Origin: Dehalococcoidia bacterium
GTDB lineage: Bacteria; Chloroflexota; Dehalococcoidia; Bin125
DNA length: 64,000 nucleotides
Reading direction: 5' to 3'
NCBI GenBank assembly: GCA_963663235.2
Contig: CAXXNO010000004.1
Location: 864,001-928,000, forward strand
Shown here: one piece after another, positions 38,966 to 50,387 of the stretch
How the letters are laid out: every line of letters starts with the position of its first letter
How positions within the stretch are numbered: the stretch's first letter is position 1
Program-made: the position numbers and the translations under genes
Notes under the pieces: generated by a model
What the model saw: the letters and a program-made list of their open reading frames with translations, nothing else
Databases searched by the model: none
Told to the model about the DNA's origin: nothing

Positions 38966-39787
38966 CTAGCCGGTAAACATTCCGCCGTCCACGAAGAGGA
39001 TCTCTCCCGTGACGTAGCTGGACTCGTCGCAGGCGAGGAAGAGCGCGGCGTCCGCCACCTCCTCGGGTTTAGCGGCGCGCTTCATGGGGGTGGCATCCAT
39101 CGTGCGGCGGAGAACGCGATCGTCGGCCATCAAGGGAGCGCTCATGGGCGTCTCCACCAAGCCCGGGCCGACGGCGTTAACGCGCACGCCATGTTGAGCC
39201 AGCTCGCGCGCCAGCACCTTAGTGAGCATCCATACCCCGGCCTTGGAGACGGAGTAGTCGCCGATGCCCGGGAACGGCAAGAGCGCCGCCGTGGAGCTGA
39301 TGTTGACGATGGAGCCGCGGACACCCTGATCGATCATGCGCCGGGCGATGACGCGATCGGTGATCATGACCCCGGTGAGGTTCACGGCCAGCACTTTCTC
39401 CCAGGAGCGGAGCGACTTGTTGATGATCGCGCCGGCCTCCCAGTCGAAGGCGCTGCTACCGGGCCGGACCTTGGGGTCGACCCGGCTGACGTAGGCGGCA
39501 TGGGAGATTCCGGCGGCGGCGAGGCCGACATCGATGCGGCCGAAGTGGTCCAGGGCGGCGTCGGCCATGGCCTCGGAGGCCTCCTCGGAGGAAGTGTCGG
39601 TCTCGACGAAGCGGGCGCGCCGGCCCATCGCCTCCACCTCCGCCACGACTTGCGCCCCGCGCTGCGGGTTCAGGTCGGCGATGAGGACGTCGGCGCCTTG
39701 TTCGGCGAAGCGCAGGGCGCAGGCGCGCCCGATGCCGCTGGCCCCGCCGGTCACTACCGCCACCTTGCCATGAAGCCGTCCGGCCAC
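38966..39787 (-). CDS. SDR family oxidoreductase
   Basis: TGGASGIG, NISS, YSVSK, VRVNAVGPG and FVDGG; AGGAGGT RBS before GTG 39787. Confidence 0.93.
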   Translation of the reverse strand: MAGRLHGKVAVVTGGASGIGRACALRFAEQGADVLIADLNPQRGAQVVAEVEAMGRRARFVETDTSSEEASEAMADAALDHFGRIDVGLAAAGISHAAYVSRVDPKVRPGSSAFDWEAGAIINKSLRSWEKVLAVNLTGVMITDRVIARRMIDQGVRGSIVNISSTAALLPFPGIGDYSVSKAGVWMLTKVLARELAQHGVRVNAVGPGLVETPMSAPLMADDRVLRRTMDATPMKRAAKPEEVADAALFLACDESSYVTGEILFVDGGMFTG

Positions 39788-40116
39788 GCGACCACCTCCT
39801 CCTCCGCACTGGCCGGATTCTAGCGACGTGGGGGCCGATGTGGGAGCCTCCTGGCCGTGGCCATCCGGCTCCGGTGTGGAGGGCGATACGGACGGTGACT
39901 CGCTGGGACGATCGATCGTGTCGCCCGGTGTTAACAAAACGTAACGCCGGGGAGCGCGGACGTTGCTACGATAGGACTCAAGGCCCTACGGTCGCAGCGC
40001 CCCGCTGAGCCCGCCGTCCGAGCCGCCCGGAGGCGCCGCGGCAGCCAGCGCGGCAGGGTCGATGATAAAGTATGCCGTGGTCCCGCCCCCAGCGGGCGCC
40101 GGGAAGGCTTGGGCGG

Positions 40117-41977
40117 ATGGTCGAATCTCCAGCGGCCGGCGTGCGGCCCGCAATCCGGGAGCGCGAGCGGGTCACAGTCCGCTTCGCGGGCGACTCCGGC
40201 GACGGGATGCAACTGGCCGGGAACCGCTTCACCGACGAAACGGCCCTCTACGGCAACGATTTCAGCACGCTGCCGGACTTCCCAGCGGAGATCCGCGCGC
40301 CGGCGGGGTCGCTGGCGGGCGTCAGCGCCTTCCAGATCAGTTTCTCCAAGCGCCAGATCTATACGCCGGGCGACGCGCCCGACGCGCTGGTCGCGATGAA
40401 CCCGGCGGCGCTGAAGGTCAACCTGCGCGACCTGACGCCGGGCGGCCTGCTGATCGTGAACGAAGATGCCTTCACCAGCGGCAACCTGAAGAAGGCCGGC
40501 TACACGAGCAACCCGCTCACGGACGGCAGCCTGAGCGCGTACCGGAAGATCACCGCCCCGCTAACGACGCTGGCCGTCAATGCGGCGAGCGAGACGGGCG
40601 TGAATGCACAGCAGGCCGAGCGCACGAAGAACTTCTGCGCGCTGGGCTTGGTGTACTGGCTCTACGATCGGCCGATGGAGACGACGCTGGGCTGGATCGC
40701 GGAGAAGTTCAAGAGCAACCCCGCGATCGCGGACGCGAACGTGCGATCGCTGCGCGCGGGCTACGACTACGGCGAAACGGCGGAGCTGGCCGACGAGCAC
40801 GTGCGGGTGGCGCCAGCGGCGCTGCCCCCGGGCGAGTACCGTCACATCACCGGCAACGAAGCCACGGGGCTGGGGCTGCTGACGGCGGCGCACCTCTCGG
40901 GGCTGCCGCTCTTCTACGCCAGTTACCCCATCACCCCCGCCAGCGACGTGCTGGAGCAGCTGGCGGGCTACCGTCGCTTCCGCGTGCGGACGTTCCAAGC
41001 AGAGGATGAGATCGCGGCCGCGGGCGCGGCGCTGGGGGCGTCGTTCGGCGGAGCGTTGAGCGTGACGGGGACCAGCGGCCCGGGATTGGCGCTCAAGGCC
41101 GAGACCGTCGGGCTGGCGGTGTCGACGGAGCTGCCGATGGTCATCCTGGACGTCCAGCGCGCCGGCCCCAGCACGGGCATGCCGACCAAGACGGAGCAGG
41201 GCGATCTGCTGCAAGCGCTTTTCGGCCGCAACAGCGAGAGCCCGGTGTGCGTCATCGCGCCGGCGACGGCGGGCGACTGCTTCTACATGGCGATTGAGGC
41301 AGTGCGTATCGCGCAGCAGTACATGACGCCGGTGATCTTCCTCTCGGACACCTACCTGGGGAACACGTCGGAGCCGTGGATCGTCCCGGACCTGGAGGCG
41401 TTGCCGCGCATCGAGGTGCAGCGCCGCACGGATCCGGAGGGGTTTCAGCCGTTCAGCCGGGATCCGGAGACGCTGGCGCGCCCCTATGCCCTGCCGGGCA
41501 CGCCCGGCCTCGAGCACCGCGTGGGCGGGCTGGAAAAGGCGGACGGCAGCGGCGAGATCTCCTACGACCCCGAGAACCACCAGCGCATGGTCGATCTGCG
41601 CGCCGAGAAGATCGAGCGGATCGCCCGCACGATTCCAGACGTGGAGGTGGACGGGCCGCAGGCGGGGGATCTATTGGTGCTCTCCTGGGGGAGCACGCAC
41701 GGTGCGATCCGCTCCGCCGCCGAACAGGCGCAGGCCGAAGGCGTGCCAGTGTCCACCGCGCACCTCCGCTACCTGAACCCGTTCCCCACCAACCTGGGCG
41801 AAGTCCTGGGGCGTTTCCAGCACGTCCTGATTCCCGAGAACAACAGCGGGCACCTGCTGCTCTTGATCCGGGCGCGCTACCTGATCGACGCGCAGGGCCT
41901 GAACAAAGTCACGGGCAAGCCGTTCACGGCTGTAGAGATCGCGGAGGCGATCATGAAGCTGAGCGAGAAGATTTCCG

Positions 41978-41988
<11 letters not shown>
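40117..41988 (+). CDS. korA: 2-oxoacid:ferredoxin oxidoreductase alpha subunit (fused gamma domain)
   Basis: FAGDSGDGMQL, YPITPAS, QAEDE, TSGPG and QRAGPSTGMPTK. Confidence 0.93.
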
Positions 41989-43006
<1,018 letters not shown>

Positions 43007-43138
43007 CGCCCTAGCCCACCGTTCCAGGTGCGATCCCTGGGGGCACCTGAGGGAAACCCCGATATCGACTCCACGGCGCGCCCGGCTACCGTCGTAAGAG
43101 GGTGAGCCGACGCCCCCGTGGTACGGAGCGGGTCCGAC

Positions 43139-43378
43139 ATGCTTACACTCGTCTGCGACCTCTGCGACCTCTGCGACCTCTGCGAGCGGTCCATCAAGGA
43201 AACCGGCTACGTCTGCGATCTGGTGGAGGCGAAGCTGGTGGTGTCCGACGAAGGGATGCCGCGCATGGCGGACCGGGGACGCATCCTCTCCCTCAGCATG
43301 TGCAGAAACTGCGCCGCCCAGGTCCAACGCCGCATCCACACCCTGCGAGCGCGCAGCGGCGCCGCGCGCCCGAGTTGA
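43139..43378 (+). CDS. Small Cys-rich (putative Zn-finger) hypothetical protein
   Basis: 79 aa; (CDL)3C at the N-terminus and CRNC near the C-terminus; GGAG RBS. Confidence 0.6.
   Translation: MLTLVCDLCDLCDLCERSIKETGYVCDLVEAKLVVSDEGMPRMADRGRILSLSMCRNCAAQVQRRIHTLRARSGAARPS
43152..43185. repeat. 9-bp in-frame tandem repeat (TCTGCGACC) x3.8
   Basis: Read directly; encodes CDL repeats. Confidence 0.9.
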
Positions 43379-43459
43379 ACGAGGGCCGGCGAGCGGCAGC
43401 GCGTCCGCGGCTACGCGGCCGGGTTTGACGGCCCCCGGAGCCCACCGTAGGCTGCCGCC

Positions 43460-44338
43460 GTGAGAGAGAACTGGGAGCGCGAGTCCTACGTCGGCAAGCC
43501 GCAGGACACCGTCGAGATCGAGATCACGCCGGCGGTGATCCGCGACTACGTGAAGCGGACCGACGACGCCAACCCCTGGTACAGCGGCGGCTCCCCGTTC
43601 GGCGGGCCGGTGGCGCCCGCGATGCTGCTCTACAGCCACAGCTACCGCAACATCGACGATTGGTATCTCCCAAGCCGCTACGGCAACCTGCACGCCAAGC
43701 AGGAGTGGTGGTTTTACCAACCCGCACGGGTGGGCGAGACCATCGTCGCCACCACCTCGATCACGGACCGGTACCGCAAGCGCGATCGGGAGTTCCTGGT
43801 CAGCGAAGTGGTCATTACCGGCGCCGCCGGTGCGTTGCTGGCCCGGAGCCGTGCGCATCAGAGCTTCCTGGTGGACGGGGAAGCGAGCGGCCTGGTGGTG
43901 GACCAAGAGCGGGAGTGTCGGCCCGATCGGCGAATTGCAGTGAAGCCGGGCCCGGTGCTGGAAGAGTTCGGACCGGTGACGCGCTTCGTGGACGCGGAGG
44001 CCTGCGACCGGTTCGTGGGCGACAAGCAGAACTACCACAATGATCTCGCGGAGGCCGAGAAGCTGGGCTTTCCCCAGATCGTCGTGCAGGGGACGCTGCC
44101 CATCTGTCTGCTCAATCAGCTCATGACGGAGCGGTTCGGCGCGGGCTGGTGGGTGGGGGGCCGCCTGACCCTGAACCTGGTCAACGTGGTGTGGGTGGAC
44201 GAGAACGTGCACGCCCGCGGGGTGGTGCGCGAGTGGACGGACGAAGGGCTGCGCCGGCGCGCGCACTGCGAGATCTGGACGGCGAAAGACGACGGCACGA
44301 TCACCGTGATCGGCAGCGCGTCCGCGCCCCACGCCTGA
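43460..44338 (+). CDS. Double hot-dog MaoC-like dehydratase
   Basis: DDANPWY...PVAP, LHAKQE, and NYHND...A..LGFP..VVQG. Confidence 0.82.
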   Translation: MRENWERESYVGKPQDTVEIEITPAVIRDYVKRTDDANPWYSGGSPFGGPVAPAMLLYSHSYRNIDDWYLPSRYGNLHAKQEWWFYQPARVGETIVATTSITDRYRKRDREFLVSEVVITGAAGALLARSRAHQSFLVDGEASGLVVDQERECRPDRRIAVKPGPVLEEFGPVTRFVDAEACDRFVGDKQNYHNDLAEAEKLGFPQIVVQGTLPICLLNQLMTERFGAGWWVGGRLTLNLVNVVWVDENVHARGVVREWTDEGLRRRAHCEIWTAKDDGTITVIGSASAPHA

Positions 44339-44392
44339 GGGCCCGTTGCACCACACGCCCCCGCGGCTCCAGGGACCGGCCCACCTGCGCGC

Positions 44393-45592
44393 ATGAACGA
44401 CATCGAGCGGGTGCGAGGGTGGTTCGACTCGGGCGCGTTGCTGCGCCCGGCGACAGCCGTGCCGAACAGCGTGGACCTTGCGCGCGCACTGGCCCACCTG
44501 GCGGGCGCTCCCGACATCGAGCGAGGGCCGGGCGTGAAGCGGATCATCGACGCGATCGGACCGTCGGAGCACTACGCCTTCATACTCATCGACGGATTGG
44601 GGCTACGGTTCCTGGAAGCAACGCCGGCGGCGGCGTTCATGCGCGAGCACGCGGCCCTAGAACTGCAATCGGTCTTTCCCGCGGCCACGGCGGCGGCGTT
44701 GACCTCCCTAGCGACGGGTCTCTGGCCGGCCCAGCACGGCGTGCCGGCCTGGTGGACGCATCTTCCCGAGCACGACCTCACTGCGACGATGCTCCCGTTC
44801 GTGGAGCGGTTCAGCCAGCGTCCGCTGGGCGCGCTCGGCGTCACGACCGGCGACGCGTTCGCCGCGCCGTCGCTGCCGGCGCGCTACCGCTACACCGTGC
44901 GGTCGTTCTTGCCCCGGTCCATCGTGGATAGCGTCTACTCCAAATACGCCCGCGGGGGCACGCCGGCCACCGGGTACTCCAGCTTCGCCAAAAGCATCCG
45001 GGCCATGGCAAGGCACATCACCACCGCCGCGCCGCCCAGCTTCACGTACCTCTACAGCCCGATGGTCGACACCGTCGCGCACCGCGACGGACCCGACGCC
45101 CCCTCGGTGCGAGCGGCCGTGCGGGAGGTCGATCGCGAACTGGAGCGGCTGGCGGGCGCGGTCCAGGGGCGGGCGCGCATTGTGGTCAGCACCGACCACG
45201 GCTTCGTCGCCGTGCCGGAGAGCGCCAAGCACATCGTCCAGCCGGGCGACGCACTGCTGGAGCTGCTCGCCGTGCCGCCATCGGGCGAGCCGCGCGTGCC
45301 TTTCTTCCACGTCCGCTCCGGCCACGGCGAACGGTTCCGCGAGCACTTTCGAGCACGCTACGGTGAGCGGCTGGCGCTGCTGAGCATCGACGAGGCGGAG
45401 GAGCTCGCGCTCTTCGGACCCGGGCCGCTGCGTGCCGTCACACGACGCCGGATCGGCGACTTCCTAGCGCTGAGCCCAGAGCCGGACGTGCTGGTCTACC
45501 AAGCGGAAGGCGGAGCGGACGCGCGGGCTCCCCTGGGCCACCACGGCGGCCTGAGGCCGGACGAAGCGCGGATCCCGCTGATCGTCGCCTGA
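44393..45592 (+). CDS. Alkaline phosphatase superfamily / nucleotide pyrophosphatase
   Basis: LIDGLG, SVFPAAT..AL.S..TG, D..AH..G, STDHG and GHHGGL...E. Confidence 0.85.
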   Translation: MNDIERVRGWFDSGALLRPATAVPNSVDLARALAHLAGAPDIERGPGVKRIIDAIGPSEHYAFILIDGLGLRFLEATPAAAFMREHAALELQSVFPAATAAALTSLATGLWPAQHGVPAWWTHLPEHDLTATMLPFVERFSQRPLGALGVTTGDAFAAPSLPARYRYTVRSFLPRSIVDSVYSKYARGGTPATGYSSFAKSIRAMARHITTAAPPSFTYLYSPMVDTVAHRDGPDAPSVRAAVREVDRELERLAGAVQGRARIVVSTDHGFVAVPESAKHIVQPGDALLELLAVPPSGEPRVPFFHVRSGHGERFREHFRARYGERLALLSIDEAEELALFGPGPLRAVTRRRIGDFLALSPEPDVLVYQAEGGADARAPLGHHGGLRPDEARIPLIVA

Positions 45593-45635
45593 GCGCCGAG
45601 GCACCGCGCCAGTCGCCGGCTGCGAGGCGGAGCGG

Positions 45636-46574
45636 TCAGCCCGCCGTGACCTGGGCGCCGTGCACCGCCGGCAGGACCTCCTCGATGAGGCGCTGCGTCT
45701 GCGTGAAGATGTCCCGGTCGCCCTCGCCGATGGGGCGGAGGACGAACTTGGAGACGCCGGCCGCGAGGTATTCGTGGACGCGGCCGGCGATGGCGTCGGC
45801 GTCGCCGACGGCAAAGTAGTTCCGTGGCTCCAAGTCGACGCCCTGACGCGTGTAGCCGGCGACGGTCTGTTGTACGGCGGGCTCGTCCCAGTCGCCGAAG
45901 CGGAAGGGGAAGCTGGCGCCGTAGTGGTCGTCATCGATAGTGCGGCCCGCCTCGGCGGCGGCGACCTTGATGGCCGCCACCACGCGAGCCGACTGCTCGG
46001 GCGTGTGCAGGCCGCCGAGCCAGCCGTTGCCAAGCCGCGCCGTGCGCCGGATCGCCGCCTCGCTTGCGCCGCCGATCCAGAGAGGGAGCGGCTGCTGAAC
46101 CGGCCGCGGGGAGATGGCCGCGTCGGTGTACTGGTAGTACTTGCCGTGGAAGGTCACCCGCTCTTCGGACCAGAGCCGGGTCATCAGCTCCAGCGCTTCG
46201 TTCGCCTGCGCTCCGCGACCCTTCGTCGAGCGACCGGTGGCCAGCCACTCCGGCGCCGCCTCGCCGCCCACGCCGAAGGCGGGGAGCATGCGGCCGTTGC
46301 TGAGGAAGTCGATGGTCGCGCACTGTTTGGCGAGCACGAGCGGGTCGCGAAAAGTGACGACCACGACGTTCATGCCGAACTTGAGCCGCTCGGTGCCGCC
46401 GGCGAGCGCGGCCATGACGCTCATCGATTCGAGGAACGGCTCGTCGGAGACGAGGCGGTCCGTCTGCCAGATCGAATCGATGTCGCTCTCTTCGCAGAGA
46501 TCGACCCAGCGCCAGAACGTGCGCACGTCCGAGAAAGGGAAGGTCACCAAGTTCAGACCGATGCGGACGCTCAT
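45636..46574 (-). CDS. LLM class flavin (probably F420)-dependent oxidoreductase
   Basis: DSIWQTD, RDPLVLAKQ.ATID.LS.GR, PVQQPLPLWIGG and RRTARLGNGW. Confidence 0.92.
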   Translation of the reverse strand: MSVRIGLNLVTFPFSDVRTFWRWVDLCEESDIDSIWQTDRLVSDEPFLESMSVMAALAGGTERLKFGMNVVVVTFRDPLVLAKQCATIDFLSNGRMLPAFGVGGEAAPEWLATGRSTKGRGAQANEALELMTRLWSEERVTFHGKYYQYTDAAISPRPVQQPLPLWIGGASEAAIRRTARLGNGWLGGLHTPEQSARVVAAIKVAAAEAGRTIDDDHYGASFPFRFGDWDEPAVQQTVAGYTRQGVDLEPRNYFAVGDADAIAGRVHEYLAAGVSKFVLRPIGEGDRDIFTQTQRLIEEVLPAVHGAQVTAG

Positions 46575-46651
46575 TCGTCTCCTCCACTCGCCCTCAGCGC
46601 CAATGCTGGCACAACCTTATCGGATCAGGAAGCGGCCGGCGGCCCGCCGTC

Positions 46652-48860
46652 CTACGACGGGAGGCGCAGCGTGACCAGGACGGTATCGGGCGCGCTGTCG
46701 AGCTCGCCGTCGTGGACGACGAGCCGGAAGACCAGCGTCGTGTCCTCCGTCACCGCCGGGGCAGTGAAGGCCGGGTCCGGGCCGGCGGCGTCCGAGAGCG
46801 TGACGGTGGGGCCGGCGGTCTGGGTCCAGGCGTAGGTCAGGGCATCGCCGTCGGGGTCGGCGGAGAGCGCGCCCGTGAGGGCCACGGATGCGCCGGGGCC
46901 GACCTCTTGATCCGGGCCGGCGTCCGCCGCGGGCTGGTGGTTGGGCCCGAGGCGGGAGGCCGCGTCGCCGAAGACCTGGAGCTCGGCCACAGAGATGAAA
47001 TCGGCGAAGCCGCCCGGAGCGCCGTGGAGGCGGATGCCGTCGCCCAGGACAGGGTCGAAGGAGAGCACGTAGGTCTGGAAGGAGGCGCCCGGCTCGCCGG
47101 GGTAGGCGGGGCTGACGGAGAGGCCGGTGACCTCGGTCCAGAGGCCGTCGCGGCGGACGTGGACCGTCAGGCTGTCGAACCAGCCGCCGTCCCAGAAGTA
47201 CAATCCCTCCTGGAACACCAAACGGGTGAAAGAGTGATCAGCAGCATAGACGTAGCCGATCCAATCCTCGCCGGCGGCGTCGAAGCCGTCATAGGAGTCG
47301 TACTGGCGGGCGGCGTCGGCGCTGCCGACGGGCGGGCGGGCGGTCGCCGTCGCGGATGCGCTCGATGTCGACTTCGACGCTGCTCCGCGGCTGCGTTACG
47401 CGGGCGGTGACGGCACCGAGGGCGGTCAGGTCGAGTCCCCTGCCGACGAGCACGGTCACAGCAACGATCGCTGGGGCGCTGGGCTGCTCGCCGTCATCGA
47501 CGACGAGACGGAACGTCAGCGCGGTGTCCTGCGTCACGAGGGGCGCGGTGAAGCTCGGGCGCGGAGTCGAAGCGCCGGAGAGGGTCACCGAAGGGCCGCC
47601 GGCCTGGGTCCAGGCATAGGTCAGCGGGTTAGCGTTGGGGCCGGTGGAGGCGCGGGCGTCGAGGCGCACCGTGTCGCCGGAGAGGACCGACTGATCGGGG
47701 CCAGCGTCGGCGTCGGGCGCAGCGGACAGGTCGACGGCGGCGGTGAAGACGCGCGCGGCGATCTTGCCCTGCGGGCTGAACTCCGCGGTGCAGCCATCGC
47801 CGGCCGCGTCCGGCATCCAGGCCCACCAGAGCAGGCCGCGGAACCAGGGCACGTCTCGCCAGACGTCGAGCGTGGCGCTGTAGGCCCGCGCCTGGAGCGC
47901 CTCATCGGCCGGGCCGTCGAGGCGCCCGCAGTCATAGGGCGCAGCAGCGGAGCCGACGACGCTGCGCAGCCCGACCTCCGTGAGGAGCACCTCCTTGCCC
48001 CAAGCGCTGCGGACGGCGTCGATCTCGGCGAGCCAGTCGTGCGCGCCGCCGATGCCGTCGGGCGGCCCGGCGCTGCCGGTGAAGGAAGTCCAGGCGTCGC
48101 GGAGGGAGTCCAGGCCGGGGTCGCCGTCGAGGCTGAGGGGGAAGTAGGCATCGATGCCGATGTAATCGAGGGCGTCCCAGAAATCGACGGCGGCATACTC
48201 GTCCCAGTTGGCCGCGTAGGTCAAGGGACCATCGAAATCGGCGCGCACGGCGGCGATCACCGCGGCCCAGTCGTCGGTGAAGGGGGACATCGAGACGAAC
48301 TCCGTCCCGACGATGAAGAGGTCAACGCCGTGGGTTTGGGCGAGGCGGGCGTAGTGGGTAATGAAGTCGGTGTAGGCGCTGAACCAGGCGGCGGGATCGG
48401 CCGGCTGGATCGAGCCGCGAAAGCACGCCGGGGCGCCGAGGAGATCGACATGCGGCTTGAGCACGACGGCCAGTCCTTGGCCGCGCGCTGTCTCGATCGC
48501 GTGGGCGACCGCGTCGTCTGAGGGCGTCAGCGTCGTGGAGGGGAAGATGTCGTTGTCGGTGCAGGCCGCCATGTAGTGCGTCACGACGATGGAGACGGCG
48601 TTGGCCCCGGTGTCGCGCAGCGCGGCAAGGGAGGCGTCCGACGTCTCGCCCGCGTATTCATCGCGGAGCCAGGAGGGGAAATTGAAGCCGAGGTAGGGAT
48701 CGGCCGCCGTCTCCTGAGGTGTCTGCGCGCCCGCGAAGGGAGAGAGCGTCGCGGTGGCGGCGGCGCCCAGCGCGGCGAGCAGGACGAAGGCAGCGAGGGC
48801 GGCGGCCCAGGGCCGCCCGCGCAGTCGTCCGAGGTTCGGCGTCCTACCGGCGATGCTCAC
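46652..48860 (-). pseudogene. Secreted GH113-like glycoside hydrolase with PKD-like and discoidin/CBM-like domains, split by a 4-bp frameshift at 47330-47333
   Basis: Signal peptide; LKPHVD, GTE, TYAANW, GIDAYFPL and LTEVG (GH113-like); two 'ADAGPDQ.V...LTYAWTQ..GP' PKD-like repeats. Removing one CGGG unit joins the two ORFs. Confidence 0.8.
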
Positions 48861-49016
48861 CCTTCCATCCTGAGCCGCCCTGGGACCAGGGTAAACCGGC
48901 CGGTAGCGGATCGATGGGTGATGCTAGATTCGGCGGCGGGACGGTCGTGTGCACCTGGGCGCGCCTGGACAGACCTGGGCGGGCCGCGGCGGGCGGAGCG
49001 GCGAAGGGAGAGGGCC

Positions 49017-49499
49017 GTGCCAGATATGCAACCGCCGGAGCAGATCACGCCGACATCGGCGGGGGATTACCTAGAAGTGATGAGCAAGGCGGTGTTCCAG
49101 AGCGGCATGTCGTGGAAGGTGGTCGAGGCGAAGTGGCCCAGCACGCGGGAAGCGTTCCGCGACTTCGACGCCAGCGCCATCGCCGCGATGACGCCGGGGG
49201 ACATCGACCAGCTGGCGCAGGACACCCGGGTCATCCGCAACCGGCGCAAGCTGGAGGCGGTGGCCGGGAACGCGCAGCGGCTGCTGGAACTGGAGGCGGA
49301 GCACGGGTCGGTGCGCAACTACCTGCGCTCCCACGCGGACTTCGAGGCCACCGTGGCCTCACTGCGCAAGGAGTTCAAGTTCCTGGGGGAGATGGGCTGC
49401 TACTACTGCCTCTACGTCGTCGGGGAAGATGTGCCGCCGCACGAGGAGTGGGAAGCGTCGCGCCAGCGCTCGGGGCGGCGCAAGGGGAGGCGCGCCTAG
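49017..49499 (+). CDS. DNA-3-methyladenine glycosylase I-like protein (short form)
   Basis: FQSGMSW..V..K...R.AF..FD, VIRNRRKLEA and FKFLG motifs of the Tag family. Confidence 0.8.
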   Translation: MPDMQPPEQITPTSAGDYLEVMSKAVFQSGMSWKVVEAKWPSTREAFRDFDASAIAAMTPGDIDQLAQDTRVIRNRRKLEAVAGNAQRLLELEAEHGSVRNYLRSHADFEATVASLRKEFKFLGEMGCYYCLYVVGEDVPPHEEWEASRQRSGRRKGRRA

Positions 49500-49525
49500 A
49501 CGAGGTCCGGATCGCTCCGGGCGAA

Positions 49526-49552
49526 GCGGGGCGCCCGGGTGGGGCGCCCCGC
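49526..49552. terminator. GC-rich hairpin between convergent genes
   Basis: GCGGGGCGCCC-N5-GGGCGCCCCGC perfect 11-bp stem; no U tract. Confidence 0.5.
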
Positions 49553-49604
49553 CGGTCTCGCCACGTCGGCTACCTCCGTCCTCACAAGCGAGGATGGTTG
49601 GATT

Positions 49605-50387
49605 TCACGCCTGGTCACACCAGCCGGCGGCGAGGGCCAGCAGCTGCCCGTGGTCGGCCCGAATCTCGTCGATGATCGGCCGAGTTTCCGGCAGGGCGGA
49701 GCGGAACACAACGCCCTCGCGCCAATTCTGAGAATCTCCCAGAGCGCCCGTCCGTCGGGCAACGTCGGCCACCAGAGGAGCCAGCTCGGCGAACTCGAGC
49801 GGCACTTCCAGCGCCGCCAGGGCAGCCCCGCTGTCTGAGAGCCCCAGAGCCGCTACCAGATCATCCAAGTCGAATTCGTCCTGGAGTAAGAATTGCTCCA
49901 GGGTGGGATCCAACTCGTTAAACAGATCGGGATCGGCTTCGTAGCGCGCGGCGAGATCCTCGAGCGCCGTCAGGTGGCTTTCCGCCGCCGCGAAGATGCC
50001 TTCGTAGCTGCGCATGAAGGGGCTATCGACCGGCGAAACACACGGAGGCGGCAGTTCGGTAATGGTGAGCCGCAGCGACTGCTGCACGCCAATCCAATAG
50101 ATCTTTCCCTTTTCCAGTGTGGTGAAGTCGGAAAGGATCGCCAGCGCCGGTGGAGGGCGGAAGGTGCGCCACTGCTGTACCGGACTGTCCCAGTGGAACA
50201 CCACCGAGTAGAGCCCGTCGATCGAGGTCAGCGCCTCGGTCACCGGCGCGGTTTCGCCCGTGTAGACGAACTCGGTCAGCCCGGGCTGTAGTTGCACCTC
50301 CGTATCCGCCGACGCCTCGGGCGCCCAAGCCAGAGTTGCGCCGACCGCCACGACTATCGCGGCCAATGCCGCAAGAATTCGGTACAT
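49605..50387 (-). CDS. Secreted hypothetical protein
   Basis: Signal peptide ending ASA, GGGAGG RBS, aromatic-rich N-terminal domain and acidic helical C-terminal domain. Confidence 0.85.
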   Translation of the reverse strand: MYRILAALAAIVVAVGATLAWAPEASADTEVQLQPGLTEFVYTGETAPVTEALTSIDGLYSVVFHWDSPVQQWRTFRPPPALAILSDFTTLEKGKIYWIGVQQSLRLTITELPPPCVSPVDSPFMRSYEGIFAAAESHLTALEDLAARYEADPDLFNELDPTLEQFLLQDEFDLDDLVAALGLSDSGAALAALEVPLEFAELAPLVADVARRTGALGDSQNWREGVVFRSALPETRPIIDEIRADHGQLLALAAGWCDQA

